A stretch of 63,848 nucleotides of DNA, filler included, from an uncultured Methanoregulaceae archaeon (GTDB lineage: Archaea; Halobacteriota; Methanomicrobia; Methanomicrobiales; Methanospirillaceae), in NCBI GenBank assembly GCA_964530035.1. It is 5 parts of 5 records of this genome, joined end to end, with 100 filler letters (N's around TTAATTAATTAA, not from the genome) between each part and the next. Parts side by side here need not be neighbours in the genome. Positions count along the whole stretch, not along the records: positions 1 to 13,799 come from CAZGXZ010000059.1; positions 13,900 to 27,270 come from CAZGXZ010000060.1; 3 more parts are not named here. One strand, written 5' to 3'. Below the pieces are notes generated by a model. That model was not told the DNA's origin and ran no database searches. It saw only the letters and a program-made list of their open reading frames with translations. The position numbers and the translations under genes are program-made. This document shows positions 9,862 to 21,127 of the stretch, one piece after another; positions within the stretch are counted from its first letter, which is position 1, and each line of letters begins with the position of its first letter.

Positions 9862-12222
9862 ATGATCACGGTTCTCTATGTGGACGATGACTCGCACCTC
9901 CTCCAGCTAGGAAAGATCTTCCTTGAGCGGAACGGTGAGATTGCCGTCACCACGGTGATGTCTGTCGCAGAAGGCCTGTCGGAGCTTGCGTCCGGCCGCT
10001 TCGATGCGATCGTTTCCGACTACCAGATGCCGGGAGAGGACGGGATCGCATTCTTAAAGCAGGTCAGGGAGAGGTACCATGACCTCCCCTTCATCATCCT
10101 CACCGGCCGTGGCAGGGAAAGCGTCGTCATCGAGGCGATCAACAACGGGGTCGACTTCTATATCCAGAAGGGGATGGATGCAGAGGCACAGTTTGCCGAG
10201 CTCGCACACAAGGTCCGCCTGGCCGTGGAGCAGAGGCGCATCAGGACGAGCCTCAAGGACCTCGAACGCCGTGAAGCCGACATCCTCAATTTTCTCCCCG
10301 ACCCGACCTTCGCCATCGATGCAAAGGGCACGGTCATAGCCTGGAACGAGGCGATGGAACGGCTGACCCGGGTCCCGGCACGTCAGATGGTCGGAAAGGG
10401 AGAGTATGAGTATTCCCTGGTCCTGGCCGGTGAACGGAAGCCGACCCTCATCGACCTCGTTATGGACCCGGACTCCCCTGCCAGGGAGACGTTTTCTTCC
10501 CTCGAAAGAGATGGCAGGTCCATGGCATCCGAGGTGCAGTTCCCCACCCTTCATCCTGAAGAGGAGCGCTGGTTCCGGGTCACCGCCTCGATCTTCTATG
10601 ACTCCGAGGGGAGGGTTGCAGGAGCGGTGGAGTCGGTCAGGGATATCACCGAGGGAAAACAATTCAATGCACGGCTCAAGGAGTCAGAAGCCCGGTACCG
10701 GGCTATTTTTGAATGCACGGATGCCGCGACGGTCATCATCGAGGCTGACGGGACCATCTCCCTCGCAAACCAGGCGTTCGCCACCCTTTCAGGCTATCCT
10801 GTCGGGGAGGTCACCGGGAAGAAAAAATGGATGGAGTTCGTAGTCCCCGAAGAACTGGAGCGGATGTGGGAGTACCACCTGGCACGGAGGACGAACGGAG
10901 GAACGGCCCCGGAAGTGTACGAATTCCGGTTCAGGGACCGTTACGGGGTCGTCAAGTACATCCTCCTCCATATCGGGGTCATCCCCGGGACCAGGAGGAC
11001 TGTTGCCTCGCTCCTCAACGTCACGTCCCTGAAGAAGGCCGGTGAGGAGCTCCTCGAGAAGAACAATGAGCTGTCCCTTGCATACTCGCGGCTCGCCTCC
11101 CAGGAGGAGAAGCTCCGGGCCCAGGTCGGGGAACTCGAACGACAGCAGCAGGCGGTCCTGAAAGCCCACCGTGAAATCGAGCAGATCATCGATTTCCTGC
11201 CTGATGCGGCGTACGTGATAGGGAGGGACCATATCGTCACCTCGTGCAACCACGCGATGGAGGAGCTCATCGGCATGAAACGCTCAGAGGTGCTCGGGAA
11301 AAACAGTGATCCCATTATGAACGCCCTGTACGGAGAGAAAAGGCCCGGGCTGATAGATTTCGTGGTTGACGGCGATGTCTCCCGGGCAGCGGTGTATTAC
11401 TCTTCCCTCCGGACAGAAGGTGACATGCTGGTTGCAGAACCGGTCCACGCATCTCCCCTTGGCAGGAGCATGGTCCTCTGGATCAAGGCCAGGCCGTTCT
11501 ATGATACGAATGGCGCCGTGACCGGGGCCATCGAGACGATACGCGATATGACCGGGCAGTGGCTCCTCCGCGAGTCCCTGGAACAGGCCAACCGCAAGCT
11601 GAACCTCCTCTCCTCGATAACCCGCCATGACATCATGAACCAGGTCACGGTCGCAATCGGCATGAGCGTAATTTTAAGGCAGGAAATAGACGACCCTGCG
11701 GCCCTTAAACACCTTGATATGCTTGAGAACGCGATAAAGACGATCAACACCCAGGTCGATTTCACGAGGAACTACCAGGATATCGGGATAGAAGCACCCT
11801 CGTGGCAGGACATCGGGAACATCCTGTCGAAGTGTAAAAGCAGCCAGCTCACGTTTTCCAATGATGTGCATGGGATCGAGGTCTATGCAGACCCCATGCT
11901 CTCCAAGGTCTTTTTAAACCTCCTTGACAACTCGGTGAAACACGGGGGACACGTGACCAGGGTCCATGTCTCCGCGGTTGTCACGGGCCGGAACCTTGTC
12001 GTTGCCTGGGAGGATGACGGTGTCGGTATCCCCGCGGCAGACAAGGAACGGATATTCGAGAAGCACGTCGGGAAGCACACCGGTCTCGGACTGTACCTCG
12101 CACGGGAGATCCTGGGCATCACGGGAATCTCCATCAGGGAGACCGGCAATCCGGGCCAGAACGCCCGGTTCGAGATCACCGTCCCTGCAGGAGCGTTCCG
12201 CACCCTCCGGCCTGCACAATAG
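9862..12222 (+). CDS. Hybrid REC-PAS(x3)-histidine kinase
   Basis: N-terminal receiver (VLYVDDD, SDYQMP), PAS repeats, H-box ITRHDIMNQ, N-box NLLDNSVKHG, DDGVG, HTGLGLYL. Confidence 0.93.
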   Translation: MITVLYVDDDSHLLQLGKIFLERNGEIAVTTVMSVAEGLSELASGRFDAIVSDYQMPGEDGIAFLKQVRERYHDLPFIILTGRGRESVVIEAINNGVDFYIQKGMDAEAQFAELAHKVRLAVEQRRIRTSLKDLERREADILNFLPDPTFAIDAKGTVIAWNEAMERLTRVPARQMVGKGEYEYSLVLAGERKPTLIDLVMDPDSPARETFSSLERDGRSMASEVQFPTLHPEEERWFRVTASIFYDSEGRVAGAVESVRDITEGKQFNARLKESEARYRAIFECTDAATVIIEADGTISLANQAFATLSGYPVGEVTGKKKWMEFVVPEELERMWEYHLARRTNGGTAPEVYEFRFRDRYGVVKYILLHIGVIPGTRRTVASLLNVTSLKKAGEELLEKNNELSLAYSRLASQEEKLRAQVGELERQQQAVLKAHREIEQIIDFLPDAAYVIGRDHIVTSCNHAMEELIGMKRSEVLGKNSDPIMNALYGEKRPGLIDFVVDGDVSRAAVYYSSLRTEGDMLVAEPVHASPLGRSMVLWIKARPFYDTNGAVTGAIETIRDMTGQWLLRESLEQANRKLNLLSSITRHDIMNQVTVAIGMSVILRQEIDDPAALKHLDMLENAIKTINTQVDFTRNYQDIGIEAPSWQDIGNILSKCKSSQLTFSNDVHGIEVYADPMLSKVFLNLLDNSVKHGGHVTRVHVSAVVTGRNLVVAWEDDGVGIPAADKERIFEKHVGKHTGLGLYLAREILGITGISIRETGNPGQNARFEITVPAGAFRTLRPAQ

Positions 12223-13286
12223 GACCTCCCGGGGTGCGACCATCCCGTGAAACCGGGATGATGTTGTTTTCCCGTCCTGTGCAGGGGGGACCTCACCGGT
12301 CCGCCCCGGTTGTTCCTCCCGGCAGGTCTCATCCTGGACAGGACAATACCTGGTCCTCCTCTGTCCCGGCCGTGAGGGGAAGCTGTTTTCCAGGGCACGA
12401 CACGTGAGACCGCCTGATACCGGTTTCCCACTCCCCCGTGCCTTGAATAAAATATCCGATGCTATGGGCCTGAATAGACTTTCAAGGCTTTTTTACCAGT
12501 GATTTGTCATGAAAAACATAGGGGCGGGTGCACTAATGAGATCTGTTGTTGTAAAGTAATAATAGAATGCAATGAACAGTAAATATTTATACTATTACGA
12601 TAATGGTTGATCTAACCTCAGGTGTCAAGCATCATGGGATACCCGGAACCGGCAACTGGTCTGCATGTCATCGCGGCTCCTTACCAGGAGTCCGTGGGAC
12701 CTGCCCGGTCCCTGGAGACACTGCGGGGAGCTGCCAGGTGTCCTTCTCCTGCACCGGCCGGACTCCCCCCGGTGTTCCCGGACTCCCGACTCCCTGGCAA
12801 CCGGTTGCACGGGCCGGCTGACAGGAGGGAAGGGACCCCTGTTCCCATCGGCACTTCCTGGTTCGGGGGTACTCCTACCCCTCGTATCCTGCCACGGGAC
12901 CACCAGGTGGGCTGGCCGGAGAGCGGAGGTGCCAGGTGCTCTCCGGTCACTGGCATTCCCGGGCAGGAATGGAAATGGTTTCATGAAAAGATCCGCCCTG
13001 TTTGCGTGACAGGGCTCATGTGAGGTGATGAAACAGAAATACACGAGCCCCTTGCACTTGCCACTTCCTCTAGTCCAACCTTGGTGCCTGGAAACACCCT
13101 GCACCGGACCGTCTTTTCTCCGATGGCCCGGCCAGCAGAACAATTTCCTCCTAGAAACCCGAAACGGGATACATGCCGGGAAACACAGCACGGCCCGGCC
13201 AGGTTCTTTTTCAACAGGCGTTTCAACCGGGCAGAACATTTCAATTGTAACGAATAAATCTTCCATACCTGAAATCCATCACCATG

Positions 13287-13536
13287 AGCCCTTCTGTGGG
13301 GGCACACCCCCCACGCCCCCGAAAAGATACCCCGCCGCTCCCGAAGGGAGCCCCGGTGGCGGTCTCACGGCCCTTGATGAAGATACCGGACAAAAAAACG
13401 CTGAAGAATGAAAATTCCTATCCAAAAGCTCCTTGTTATGAGGCCTTTTTTTTCGCATTTTCACAGGTATCATATGATCGGAATTACCGTTGATAGAGAC
13501 CTCTCGTAAGGGGCGAATAAAATTTAAAGCAGAGAG
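13287..13536 (-). repeat. Dispersed modular repeat, copy 2 (modules A+C, inverted, lacks B)
   Basis: Reverse complement aligns by eye to 3746-3873 and 4098-4183. Confidence 0.88.
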
Positions 13537-13603
13537 GGTTCCAGCAGAGCCGGCAGCCAACAAAAAGGCCAGCAATCCGGCCTGGAACGGCATGAGGTGT
13601 GGA

Positions 13604-13798
13604 TCATACCCTGCCCGGGTCATTGATCCACAGGTCAAGGAGGGCCCGGGAGATCGATACCCGGTTCGGGAGCAGGGGAAGGTTGTCACGTGAGAACCAG
13701 CCGGCCGATACAACCTCGCTGCCATCAGGCGTCACCGTACCCCCCGCGTACTCGGCCAGGAAACCGATCATGAGCGAGTCGGGGAACGGCCAGGGCTC
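13604..13798 (-). CDS. nudC: NADH pyrophosphatase (NudC-like Nudix), 3' fragment at contig end; not in ORF track
   Basis: Manual translation: EPWPFPDSLMIGFLAEYAGGTVTPDGSEVVSAGWFSRDNLPLLPNRVSISRALLDLWINDPGRV*, matching the NudC SQPWPFPxSLM signature. Confidence 0.88.
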   Translation of the reverse strand, partial: EPWPFPDSLMIGFLAEYAGGTVTPDGSEVVSAGWFSRDNLPLLPNRVSISRALLDLWINDPGRV

Positions 13799-13799
13799 G

Positions 13800-13899
13800 N
13801 NNNNNNNNNNNNNNNNNNNNNNNNNNNNNNNNNNNNNNNNNNNTTAATTAATTAANNNNNNNNNNNNNNNNNNNNNNNNNNNNNNNNNNNNNNNNNNNN
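13800..13899. other. Artificial contig linker
   Basis: Ns flanking TTAATTAATTAA (stops in all six frames). Confidence 0.97.
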
Positions 13900-14060
13900 G
13901 AGAAGAACGGTGTCGGTAATCATTTCAGGGGCTTAAATGCGCGCGGATGACTGCGTTAACAGGTATCAATCCTGCGATACCCGGGTTTCGGTCATTTGTC
14001 TGAATGACACGCGATACCTGTACGAATTTCAAAAATTCATACAACGGGAAAACTTCAAGG

Positions 14061-14798
14061 TTACTCCTCAGCAAGCACCCCCGGCACCGATGCGACGTCA
14101 CACCGCCGCAGGAAAAGATCGCCGAAAAACTCCTCCTGCCAGAACTCTATTTTCCCTTCAAACATGAGAAAAAGGAGAGGGATATAGGTCTGCTGGATTG
14201 ACCACCCCATCTGTTCCGCAAGGTCGGCGAGCGATACCATCTCCCATCCCTCCCCAGCGCGGGGAAGGCTATCAAGGACTTCGTGTGCCCATCCCTGGTA
14301 CCCTTCCTCATGTGCTATGGATACGACATCATCAGCAACGACAAGATTCTCAAACGGAATTCCATTGACCCGCTGTCTCCTTCGTTCCTCTTTTTCTGCA
14401 TTTCTGAGAAGTGCAATCAGTTCATAGAGGGTGATGGGTCGTTTCCGAAGATTTTTCCTTTCGAGGCGTCTCCGGATTTCCCGTTCAAGCTGCTCGATAG
14501 GGCCGAAAAGCCGTTCTCCTCCGGGCCCCTCCCCATCCCCCGGTTCCCCGGGGTCATCCTCAAAAAAACCACTATCTTCACCGGAGTCACATGATGGCTC
14601 AACAAGATACTCGGATTTCATCCTGAGGAGCGTTGATGCGAAAAACAGGGTCCTGCCGGAAACCCTGAGGTCAAGTTCTTTCAGGCGGTCCAGTTCTTCG
14701 AGAAAACGATCGGTCACGAGGACGATATCGATGTTCCATGGATCAATCCTCCCCTCTTCGGCGAGCTTAACGAGGATTTCGATGGGATCTTCAATCAT
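14061..14798 (-). CDS. scpA: Segregation and condensation protein A (kleisin)
   Basis: DPIEILV.LA..G.IDPWNIDI, LLRMKSE, C-terminal YIPLLFL...QEEFFGDL; overlaps the smc stop. Confidence 0.93.
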   Translation of the reverse strand: MIEDPIEILVKLAEEGRIDPWNIDIVLVTDRFLEELDRLKELDLRVSGRTLFFASTLLRMKSEYLVEPSCDSGEDSGFFEDDPGEPGDGEGPGGERLFGPIEQLEREIRRRLERKNLRKRPITLYELIALLRNAEKEERRRQRVNGIPFENLVVADDVVSIAHEEGYQGWAHEVLDSLPRAGEGWEMVSLADLAEQMGWSIQQTYIPLLFLMFEGKIEFWQEEFFGDLFLRRCDVASVPGVLAEE

Positions 14799-17700
14799 TG
14801 ACCTTGACACCGGTAACAAATGAGCTCTTGTCCGGCCGGATGGTAACCCCCATTATCCTGTCGGCACCCTCTATCATTGGTTTTCTAAGTGATACAATGA
14901 TGAATTGGGATGTTCCGGCCAATTCCCGGATCATTGCGGCGATACGTTCGACATTCGAGCCGTCGAGCGACATATCGACTTCGTCGAAGGCATAGAAAGG
15001 TGCGGGAATCGCTTTCTGAATAGCAAAGATGAATGCAAGCGTAACAAGGGATTTTTCGCCTCCCGATAGGGCAGACAGGAGATGGACTGTTTTGTCCTGG
15101 GGCTGGACAGCAAAGGAAAGTCCGCCATTGAAAGGGTCCTCCTCGTTTTCCAGCACCAGGTGCCCGCTTCCGGCAGTTAGTCTGGCAAAGACTTCCCTGA
15201 AGTTTGAATCAACAGATTCAAATGTCTTCATGAAAGCCTCATATTTCATCATCTCGAAACGCTCGATACGCTCAATCAGGGTTGTCCTTTCCCGCTGCAA
15301 CACATCCTTGCGTTCTGACCGTTCCCTGTGACGGGCCTCGACACGGTCATACTCCTCGATCGCAAGCATGTTTACGGCACCAAGTTTCCGGATGGCTCGC
15401 TGGTTCTCCCCGATGATCTGTTCCAGTTCCTCGGGAGACTTTTCGGTTGTAAAACCCGCAGCCCGTTCCCGGAGCGGTTCCATTTCCTGGACCAGATGGT
15501 CCAGGCGCCCAGATATCGCGGTGATCTGCACCATGGCACGTTCGGTCGCCGAATTGAAATCAACAAGACCTTTTTCCTTCTCCTGGATCGTCATCTGAAG
15601 GGCCTGTCGCTTCGTCCTCGACTCTTCCACCTCGGCGGAAAATGCCTTCTGACGGGATTCCAGTTCGGCTACCTTGCCCTCATTCTCCAGAATCGATCGG
15701 TTGTGCGCGGATATCAGGGAGTCGATGCCCGCAGACTGTGTTGCTATTCGCTCCCGCTCTCCGCTCAATTCTTCTACCCGGGCATTGAAGTGCTGACGTT
15801 CACGCTGGATATCGAGGATATCGGCGTCCTTGTTCCTGAGACGGCGCTCGACATCCTCAACCTTCCGTCTTTTCTGATCCAGGTCATCGGTAAGTTTCGG
15901 GAGGGATGTACCCTCAAGAATCCTCTTCATTTCGTCAATCCTGGAAGTATTGTCAAGAATATCCCGGTTACCCGATTCAAGCTGCCGTTCCACTTCCACC
16001 CGGTCCTCGCCGGGCCCTTGGCCCTCTGACAGGAGTCCGGCCTTTTCAGAGGCAAGCGACTCCATTTCAGATCCCATGGCATCCGCCTGCCGCGTCAGTT
16101 CCTCGAGGCGCGCAACATCACGGGAGGATCTCGCCCCAAGATCATTCCTCTTTTGCCGGATGGACTCCAGGGCCTCCTCGATCCGTGCAAGTCCCTGCTC
16201 ATAATCATTCCATTCCTCCTCGAGTGCGGACAAACGGGACCGTGCACGGTTCATCTCGTCGTCTACTGACCTTCCAAACCCTCGCGAGGTCTTTTTCAGG
16301 AGCCCCCCGGTCATTGCCCCGCTTTTTTCAATAAGCTCCCCTTCAGGGGTGACCATGCGGTACTTCCCCATGAGTCCCCGTGCCCGGCCAAGGTCCTCCA
16401 CTACGAGGGTGCTGCCGAAGACCACCCCGAACGCTTTTGCAAACAGGGGTTCGTGCGAGACAAGGTCTGCAGCATACCCGATGATTCCCTTTTCCCTGAG
16501 GGGAGTGCGGGGGACAGGGCGGAGCTTGTTCAGGGGGAGAAAAGTGACCCGGCCGATACGTTCGCTCTTGAGATACTCGATCGCGCGTGCGGCTACTTCA
16601 TCGTCTTCACAGATGACATAGCCCAGTTTTCCGCCTGCTGCTACGTTCAGTGCAGTTTCGTACCTGCTCTCAACCCTGCCGAGTTCTGCAACTGTCCCAT
16701 ACACACCCTCCATGGAGAGGACCGCTTCGACCGCCTTGCCATATGCCTCTCCCCGGGCCTGCCTGTGTGCCTCAAGCGCGAGGATTTCTCGTTCCGCGTC
16801 CTTCATCTCCTTCCGGATCTGCTCAAGAGAGGCCTTTCTCGCGTATCGCTCCGTATCAAGTTCGGTAAAGGCCTTTTTCAGCTCCTTTTCCTCGGATACA
16901 AAGGCCTCGACCGTCTTTTCCATCTCTTCACGTTCTTTCCGGACGTTCTTCAGGTCATTTTCAAGTGCCTGTATCCGGTTATTGAGCCGCTCCGTTTCTG
17001 TTGTTTTCAGGCGTCTCTTCTCGATGAGGATGTCCTGCTGGTGGACGAGGAGTGAACGGTCTGACCTTCGTTGTTCAAGCGTTGAGTATTCATGCATGAG
17101 GGTCTCCCGTGCCCCCTCCACATCCTTGCTCAGCCGGGATATCTCCTGTTCAATCCTGCTGTATTCCGCCTTGAGCGCGGCTACCTCCATGGACAGGTTC
17201 GTCCTGTCGATAGTCAGGGCCCGGATCTGGTCAGTTGTCTCTCTGACCCGGGTCTCCGCCCGCTTGGTGTCAAGGTATATCCGGCTCACGGCTTCACCAA
17301 GCTTATCTTTCTCCTGTTTCTGGCGCTCGATATCCTGCCTGGAAAATTTTATAGCATTTTTCGTTTCCTCCAGCGCGACAATCAGGGAAAGATAGTCTGA
17401 ACCGCTTTTCCGGTTTATCTCGTCATCGAGCTCTGCCAGGTCCTCACGCAACATTCCTATTTCATGCTCGAGATGACTTTTTTCCGTTGAGATACGCTCT
17501 ATTTCCTTTTCATGAGCATTCCGCGCTTCAGTGAGGGATCCAGATTCCCGTTCCTTCGCTCCAAGGAGGGCGGCCGCCATGAGTCCTTCGAGTTTTTCTG
17601 CCTGTTCCGATAATTCACGGTATTTCAGGGCGTCCTCACGTTCTTTTTCCAATGCAGAGAGCCGTTCGGTCAGCTCATGCAGTAGTAGTTCCTCACGTTC

Positions 17701-18231
17701 AATGCGTTCCCTGACTATCTCGAGCTCAGCAAGCGCCTGGTCTCGTTTCTGGTCGAACTCGGCAACTCCGGCAATTTCGTCAATTATTTTCCGCCTTTCA
17801 AAATCACTCATCTCGATGATCCGGGTGATGTCCCCCTGCATGACCACGTTATACCCATGAGGCTTGATACCATAACGGGCAAGGAGGTCCACGATATCAC
17901 CCTGCTTACAGAGCCGGTCATTGAGGTAGTTGTAATTGTAATACCCGTTTTGCGTCCTTTTTATCCGTCTCCGGATTACCGTACCGTCCGAGAGGGTGAT
18001 GGCTACCTCTGCAGTATTCTTTCCCGATCCCAGGTTGATAAGATCAGTAAGCTTTTCGGCCCGGAGAGTACGGGACGTCGTGAGGGCCAGGCCAAAGAGG
18101 AGGCTGTCAATGATATTGCTTTTCCCTGAACCGTTTGGTCCGGAGATTACGGTACAACCTTCGAAAAAAGGTATTTTTGTCTTTTTTGCGAACGATTTGA
18201 AATTATCGATCTCAAGCTCGGTGATGTGCAA
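14791..18231 (-). CDS. smc: Chromosome segregation protein SMC
   Basis: Walker A GPNGSGKSN, coiled coils, hinge (GRVTFLPL, GAMTGG), LSGGEKS, FDEVD. Confidence 0.97.
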   Translation of the reverse strand: MHITELEIDNFKSFAKKTKIPFFEGCTVISGPNGSGKSNIIDSLLFGLALTTSRTLRAEKLTDLINLGSGKNTAEVAITLSDGTVIRRRIKRTQNGYYNYNYLNDRLCKQGDIVDLLARYGIKPHGYNVVMQGDITRIIEMSDFERRKIIDEIAGVAEFDQKRDQALAELEIVRERIEREELLLHELTERLSALEKEREDALKYRELSEQAEKLEGLMAAALLGAKERESGSLTEARNAHEKEIERISTEKSHLEHEIGMLREDLAELDDEINRKSGSDYLSLIVALEETKNAIKFSRQDIERQKQEKDKLGEAVSRIYLDTKRAETRVRETTDQIRALTIDRTNLSMEVAALKAEYSRIEQEISRLSKDVEGARETLMHEYSTLEQRRSDRSLLVHQQDILIEKRRLKTTETERLNNRIQALENDLKNVRKEREEMEKTVEAFVSEEKELKKAFTELDTERYARKASLEQIRKEMKDAEREILALEAHRQARGEAYGKAVEAVLSMEGVYGTVAELGRVESRYETALNVAAGGKLGYVICEDDEVAARAIEYLKSERIGRVTFLPLNKLRPVPRTPLREKGIIGYAADLVSHEPLFAKAFGVVFGSTLVVEDLGRARGLMGKYRMVTPEGELIEKSGAMTGGLLKKTSRGFGRSVDDEMNRARSRLSALEEEWNDYEQGLARIEEALESIRQKRNDLGARSSRDVARLEELTRQADAMGSEMESLASEKAGLLSEGQGPGEDRVEVERQLESGNRDILDNTSRIDEMKRILEGTSLPKLTDDLDQKRRKVEDVERRLRNKDADILDIQRERQHFNARVEELSGERERIATQSAGIDSLISAHNRSILENEGKVAELESRQKAFSAEVEESRTKRQALQMTIQEKEKGLVDFNSATERAMVQITAISGRLDHLVQEMEPLRERAAGFTTEKSPEELEQIIGENQRAIRKLGAVNMLAIEEYDRVEARHRERSERKDVLQRERTTLIERIERFEMMKYEAFMKTFESVDSNFREVFARLTAGSGHLVLENEEDPFNGGLSFAVQPQDKTVHLLSALSGGEKSLVTLAFIFAIQKAIPAPFYAFDEVDMSLDGSNVERIAAMIRELAGTSQFIIVSLRKPMIEGADRIMGVTIRPDKSSFVTGVKVND

Positions 18232-18252
18232 GCGGACGGTCCCCGGGTTCGC

Positions 18253-18816
18253 CTACGAATTCGATTGCTTGTCCTCGTCTTCAGCGATGATAAGGCCACT
18301 ACCCCGCTTGTTTCCGGATTCCCGGGACTCGGCCTTCTCCCTCCGGTTTTTTCCATATGAGGCGGAGGCAATAATATACTCGTCAGGGCGTCCTTTTTCC
18401 TCCTTCAAGGTACCATCCGGCTGCATGATCATCCTGACCTTGTCCACAACCTCGGGCTCTGTCATGCGTTGCGAAGTCCGCGGCTCCTGTTTCCTCGGGC
18501 TGACGAGGGTCGAAGCACCGCCCTGCGTTCCTGTTGCCGGGGGCCGTGAGGCCTTCAGGTCTGTTCTCGTCCGTTCCTCGTTGACCTTTGAGAGTTTCAT
18601 CGCAACCGATTTAAGGTCGAGGACCTCTTCCATGAGCCCCTTGACAAGGGCTTCAAGGTCACGGACCTTTTTTTCGAGGGTGTCTACCCGGTCCTGGTTC
18701 CCTGCAGGTTCCGACCCCCCTTCCCGGATAATCTCCACCGTTTGTTCCTCCGTTGTAATTTTTAAGCCGGGCGGACCCTCCTCCTGACCATTTGAAGTCC
18801 GATGCCCGGGTTCCAA
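18253..18816 (-). CDS. Hypothetical coiled-coil protein upstream of smc; start uncertain
   Basis: RVDTLEKKVRDLEALVKGLMEEVLDLK coiled coil; stop 21 nt before the smc start. Confidence 0.7.
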   Translation of the reverse strand: MEPGHRTSNGQEEGPPGLKITTEEQTVEIIREGGSEPAGNQDRVDTLEKKVRDLEALVKGLMEEVLDLKSVAMKLSKVNEERTRTDLKASRPPATGTQGGASTLVSPRKQEPRTSQRMTEPEVVDKVRMIMQPDGTLKEEKGRPDEYIIASASYGKNRREKAESRESGNKRGSGLIIAEDEDKQSNS

Positions 18817-19058
18817 TCATAGAATACCCTTTATGAGAGTATAATGATATTGGTCATTTTACGGCAGTTTCTGACTGATTGGCTTCGCCTTCTTGGATAG
18901 TGACGAACTGATCCCATCCATGGAGGGTCTGGCAGCACATCCCCCGCGCATGAGTATGCGGATGAAATCCATCTGAACCGCATCTGGTGTTTTTCTGACC
19001 CTCACGCATCCTCCATCCGCGATACTATCTTTACCCAGCCAAAACGACCTTCTTCTAT

Positions 19059-20297
19059 ATGTCGTACCTGTCTCATACTGACCCGCAGATCGCTGACATC
19101 ATCGAGAAAGAACGGCAGAGACAAGTGGGGGGGCTCGAACTGATCGCCTCTGAAAACCTGGTAAGCAGGGCCGTTCTCGAGGCGATGGGTTCCATCATGA
19201 CGAACAAGTACGCCGAGGGGTATCCCGGGAAGCGGTACTACGGGGGTTGTGAATTCCACGACATGGCGGAAAACCTGGCAAGGGACAGGGCCAAACAGCT
19301 CTTCGGCGCTGAACACGCCAATGTACAGCCACATTCAGGCACACAGGCGAACATGGCAGTTTATTTTTCCGTCATGAAATGTGGTGATCCCCTGTTGAGC
19401 ATGAGCCTGTCCCAGGGGGGTCACCTCTCTCACGGTTCCCCGGTTTCATTCAGTGGTACCTTTTATAACGTCTCCCAGTACGGTGTCGACCTGAAGACCG
19501 AGACTTTGGACTACGGTGTCGTCGCCGAGATGGCACGAAAGGTCCGCCCGAAAGTAATCGTATGCGGGGCAAGCGCGTACCCAAGGGTTATCGATTTCAA
19601 GGCGTTCCAGGAGATAGCCGATGACGTCGGTGCCGTCTGCATGGCGGATATCGCCCATATCGCAGGTTTGTGCGCAACCGGCCTTCACCCGACACCTGTC
19701 GGTACAGTTGATTTCACCACCTCGACCACCCACAAAACACTTCGGGGTCCCAGAGGAGGGTTTATCCTCTGCAACAATGACAGGGCGGTCGCCACAGACA
19801 AGGCCATATTCCCGGGCATGCAGGGGGGTCCGCTGATGCATACCATAGCCGCCAAGGCAGTCTGTTTCAAGGAAGCCTTGAATCCGTCGTTTGCCGATTA
19901 CCAGCGGCAGATCGTAAAAAACTCGAAGGCCATGGCGGAGGTCCTTTCGAACGAAGGCCTCAGGCTTGTTTCAGGCGGGACAGACAACCACCTGATACTT
20001 CTGGACCTTTCAGCCCAGCATATCACCGGGCTTGAAGCCGAGGTGGCACTTGGCAAGGCGGGGATAACCGTAAATAAAAACACCATTCCCAATGAAACCC
20101 GCAGTCCGTTTGTCACCAGCGGTCTTCGCGTCGGTACGCCGGCCGTAACGTCCCGGGGTATGAAGGAAGAGAATATGCGCCAGATCGGGCATTGGATCGC
20201 GACGATCGTCAAGGATATCAAGAACGAGGCTGTCATTGGGAAAATCCGGACCGAGGTGGAAGCGATGGCAACCCGTTACCCCCTTTATCCCGAGTGA
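19059..20297 (+). CDS. glyA: Serine hydroxymethyltransferase (bacterial/THF-type)
   Basis: [42 protein letters not shown]. Confidence 0.97.
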   Translation: MSYLSHTDPQIADIIEKERQRQVGGLELIASENLVSRAVLEAMGSIMTNKYAEGYPGKRYYGGCEFHDMAENLARDRAKQLFGAEHANVQPHSGTQANMAVYFSVMKCGDPLLSMSLSQGGHLSHGSPVSFSGTFYNVSQYGVDLKTETLDYGVVAEMARKVRPKVIVCGASAYPRVIDFKAFQEIADDVGAVCMADIAHIAGLCATGLHPTPVGTVDFTTSTTHKTLRGPRGGFILCNNDRAVATDKAIFPGMQGGPLMHTIAAKAVCFKEALNPSFADYQRQIVKNSKAMAEVLSNEGLRLVSGGTDNHLILLDLSAQHITGLEAEVALGKAGITVNKNTIPNETRSPFVTSGLRVGTPAVTSRGMKEENMRQIGHWIATIVKDIKNEAVIGKIRTEVEAMATRYPLYPE

Positions 20298-20299
20298 CC

Positions 20300-21127
20300 A
20301 TGATACTCGATGGGCGAGCGGTTTCGGAACGACGTTTGACCCTCCTGAAGGAAAAGATAGCCGAACTGGGTGTTTCACCAGGTCTTGCCACGGTCATTGC
20401 CGGGGATGACCCGGCATCGAAAACCTATGTCAGGATGAAACACCAGGCCTGCGAAAAGGTGGGCATCAGGTCGACAGGCATTGAGATTCCTGCCGATACG
20501 ACAACGGAAGAAGTTATTCATGAGATCCACAGGCTTAACAGCGATCCCCGGATAGATGGCATCCTCGTCCAGCTGCCGCTTCCCAGTTCAATCGATACCT
20601 CTTCCATAATCGAATCAGTCCTCCCGTCAAAGGACGTGGATGGATTTCACCCATGCAACCTTGGAAGGCTCTTTTCAGGAATGGACGCGCTTACACCCTG
20701 TACTCCCCTGGGCATCATCAACCTGCTTGGCGAGTACACCATTCCGATTGAGGGAAAAGACGTAGTCATCATCGGGAGAAGCGTTGATGTAGGCCGTCCC
20801 CTGGCAGCGCTTTTCCTGAATAACGATGCAACGGTCACGGTATGTCACAGTCGGACAAAGTCCCTTGCAACCATAACAAAGAGCGCAGATATCCTGGTAA
20901 GTGCTGTTGGCCGGGCCGGGTTTGTCACCGGGGAAATGGTCCGTAATGGAGCCGTTGTCATTGATGTTGGCATCAATTATGTCAATGGAAACCTGTGCGG
21001 AGACGTTGATTTTCCCGGGGTACGTGACAAGGCATCATTTATCACCCCTGTCCCGGGAGGGGTGGGCCCGATGACGATAGCAACACTCATGGAAAACACC
21101 CTCAAGGCCGCGGTCAAAGGGCAATGA
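20300..21127 (+). CDS. folD: Methylene-THF dehydrogenase/cyclohydrolase
   Basis: [40 protein letters not shown]. Confidence 0.96.
   Translation: MILDGRAVSERRLTLLKEKIAELGVSPGLATVIAGDDPASKTYVRMKHQACEKVGIRSTGIEIPADTTTEEVIHEIHRLNSDPRIDGILVQLPLPSSIDTSSIIESVLPSKDVDGFHPCNLGRLFSGMDALTPCTPLGIINLLGEYTIPIEGKDVVIIGRSVDVGRPLAALFLNNDATVTVCHSRTKSLATITKSADILVSAVGRAGFVTGEMVRNGAVVIDVGINYVNGNLCGDVDFPGVRDKASFITPVPGGVGPMTIATLMENTLKAAVKGQ

Noticed and set aside
13900..14060. Absence of scpB after smc-scpA
   Set aside because: The contig ends 160 nt later, and scpB is often unlinked or absent in archaea.
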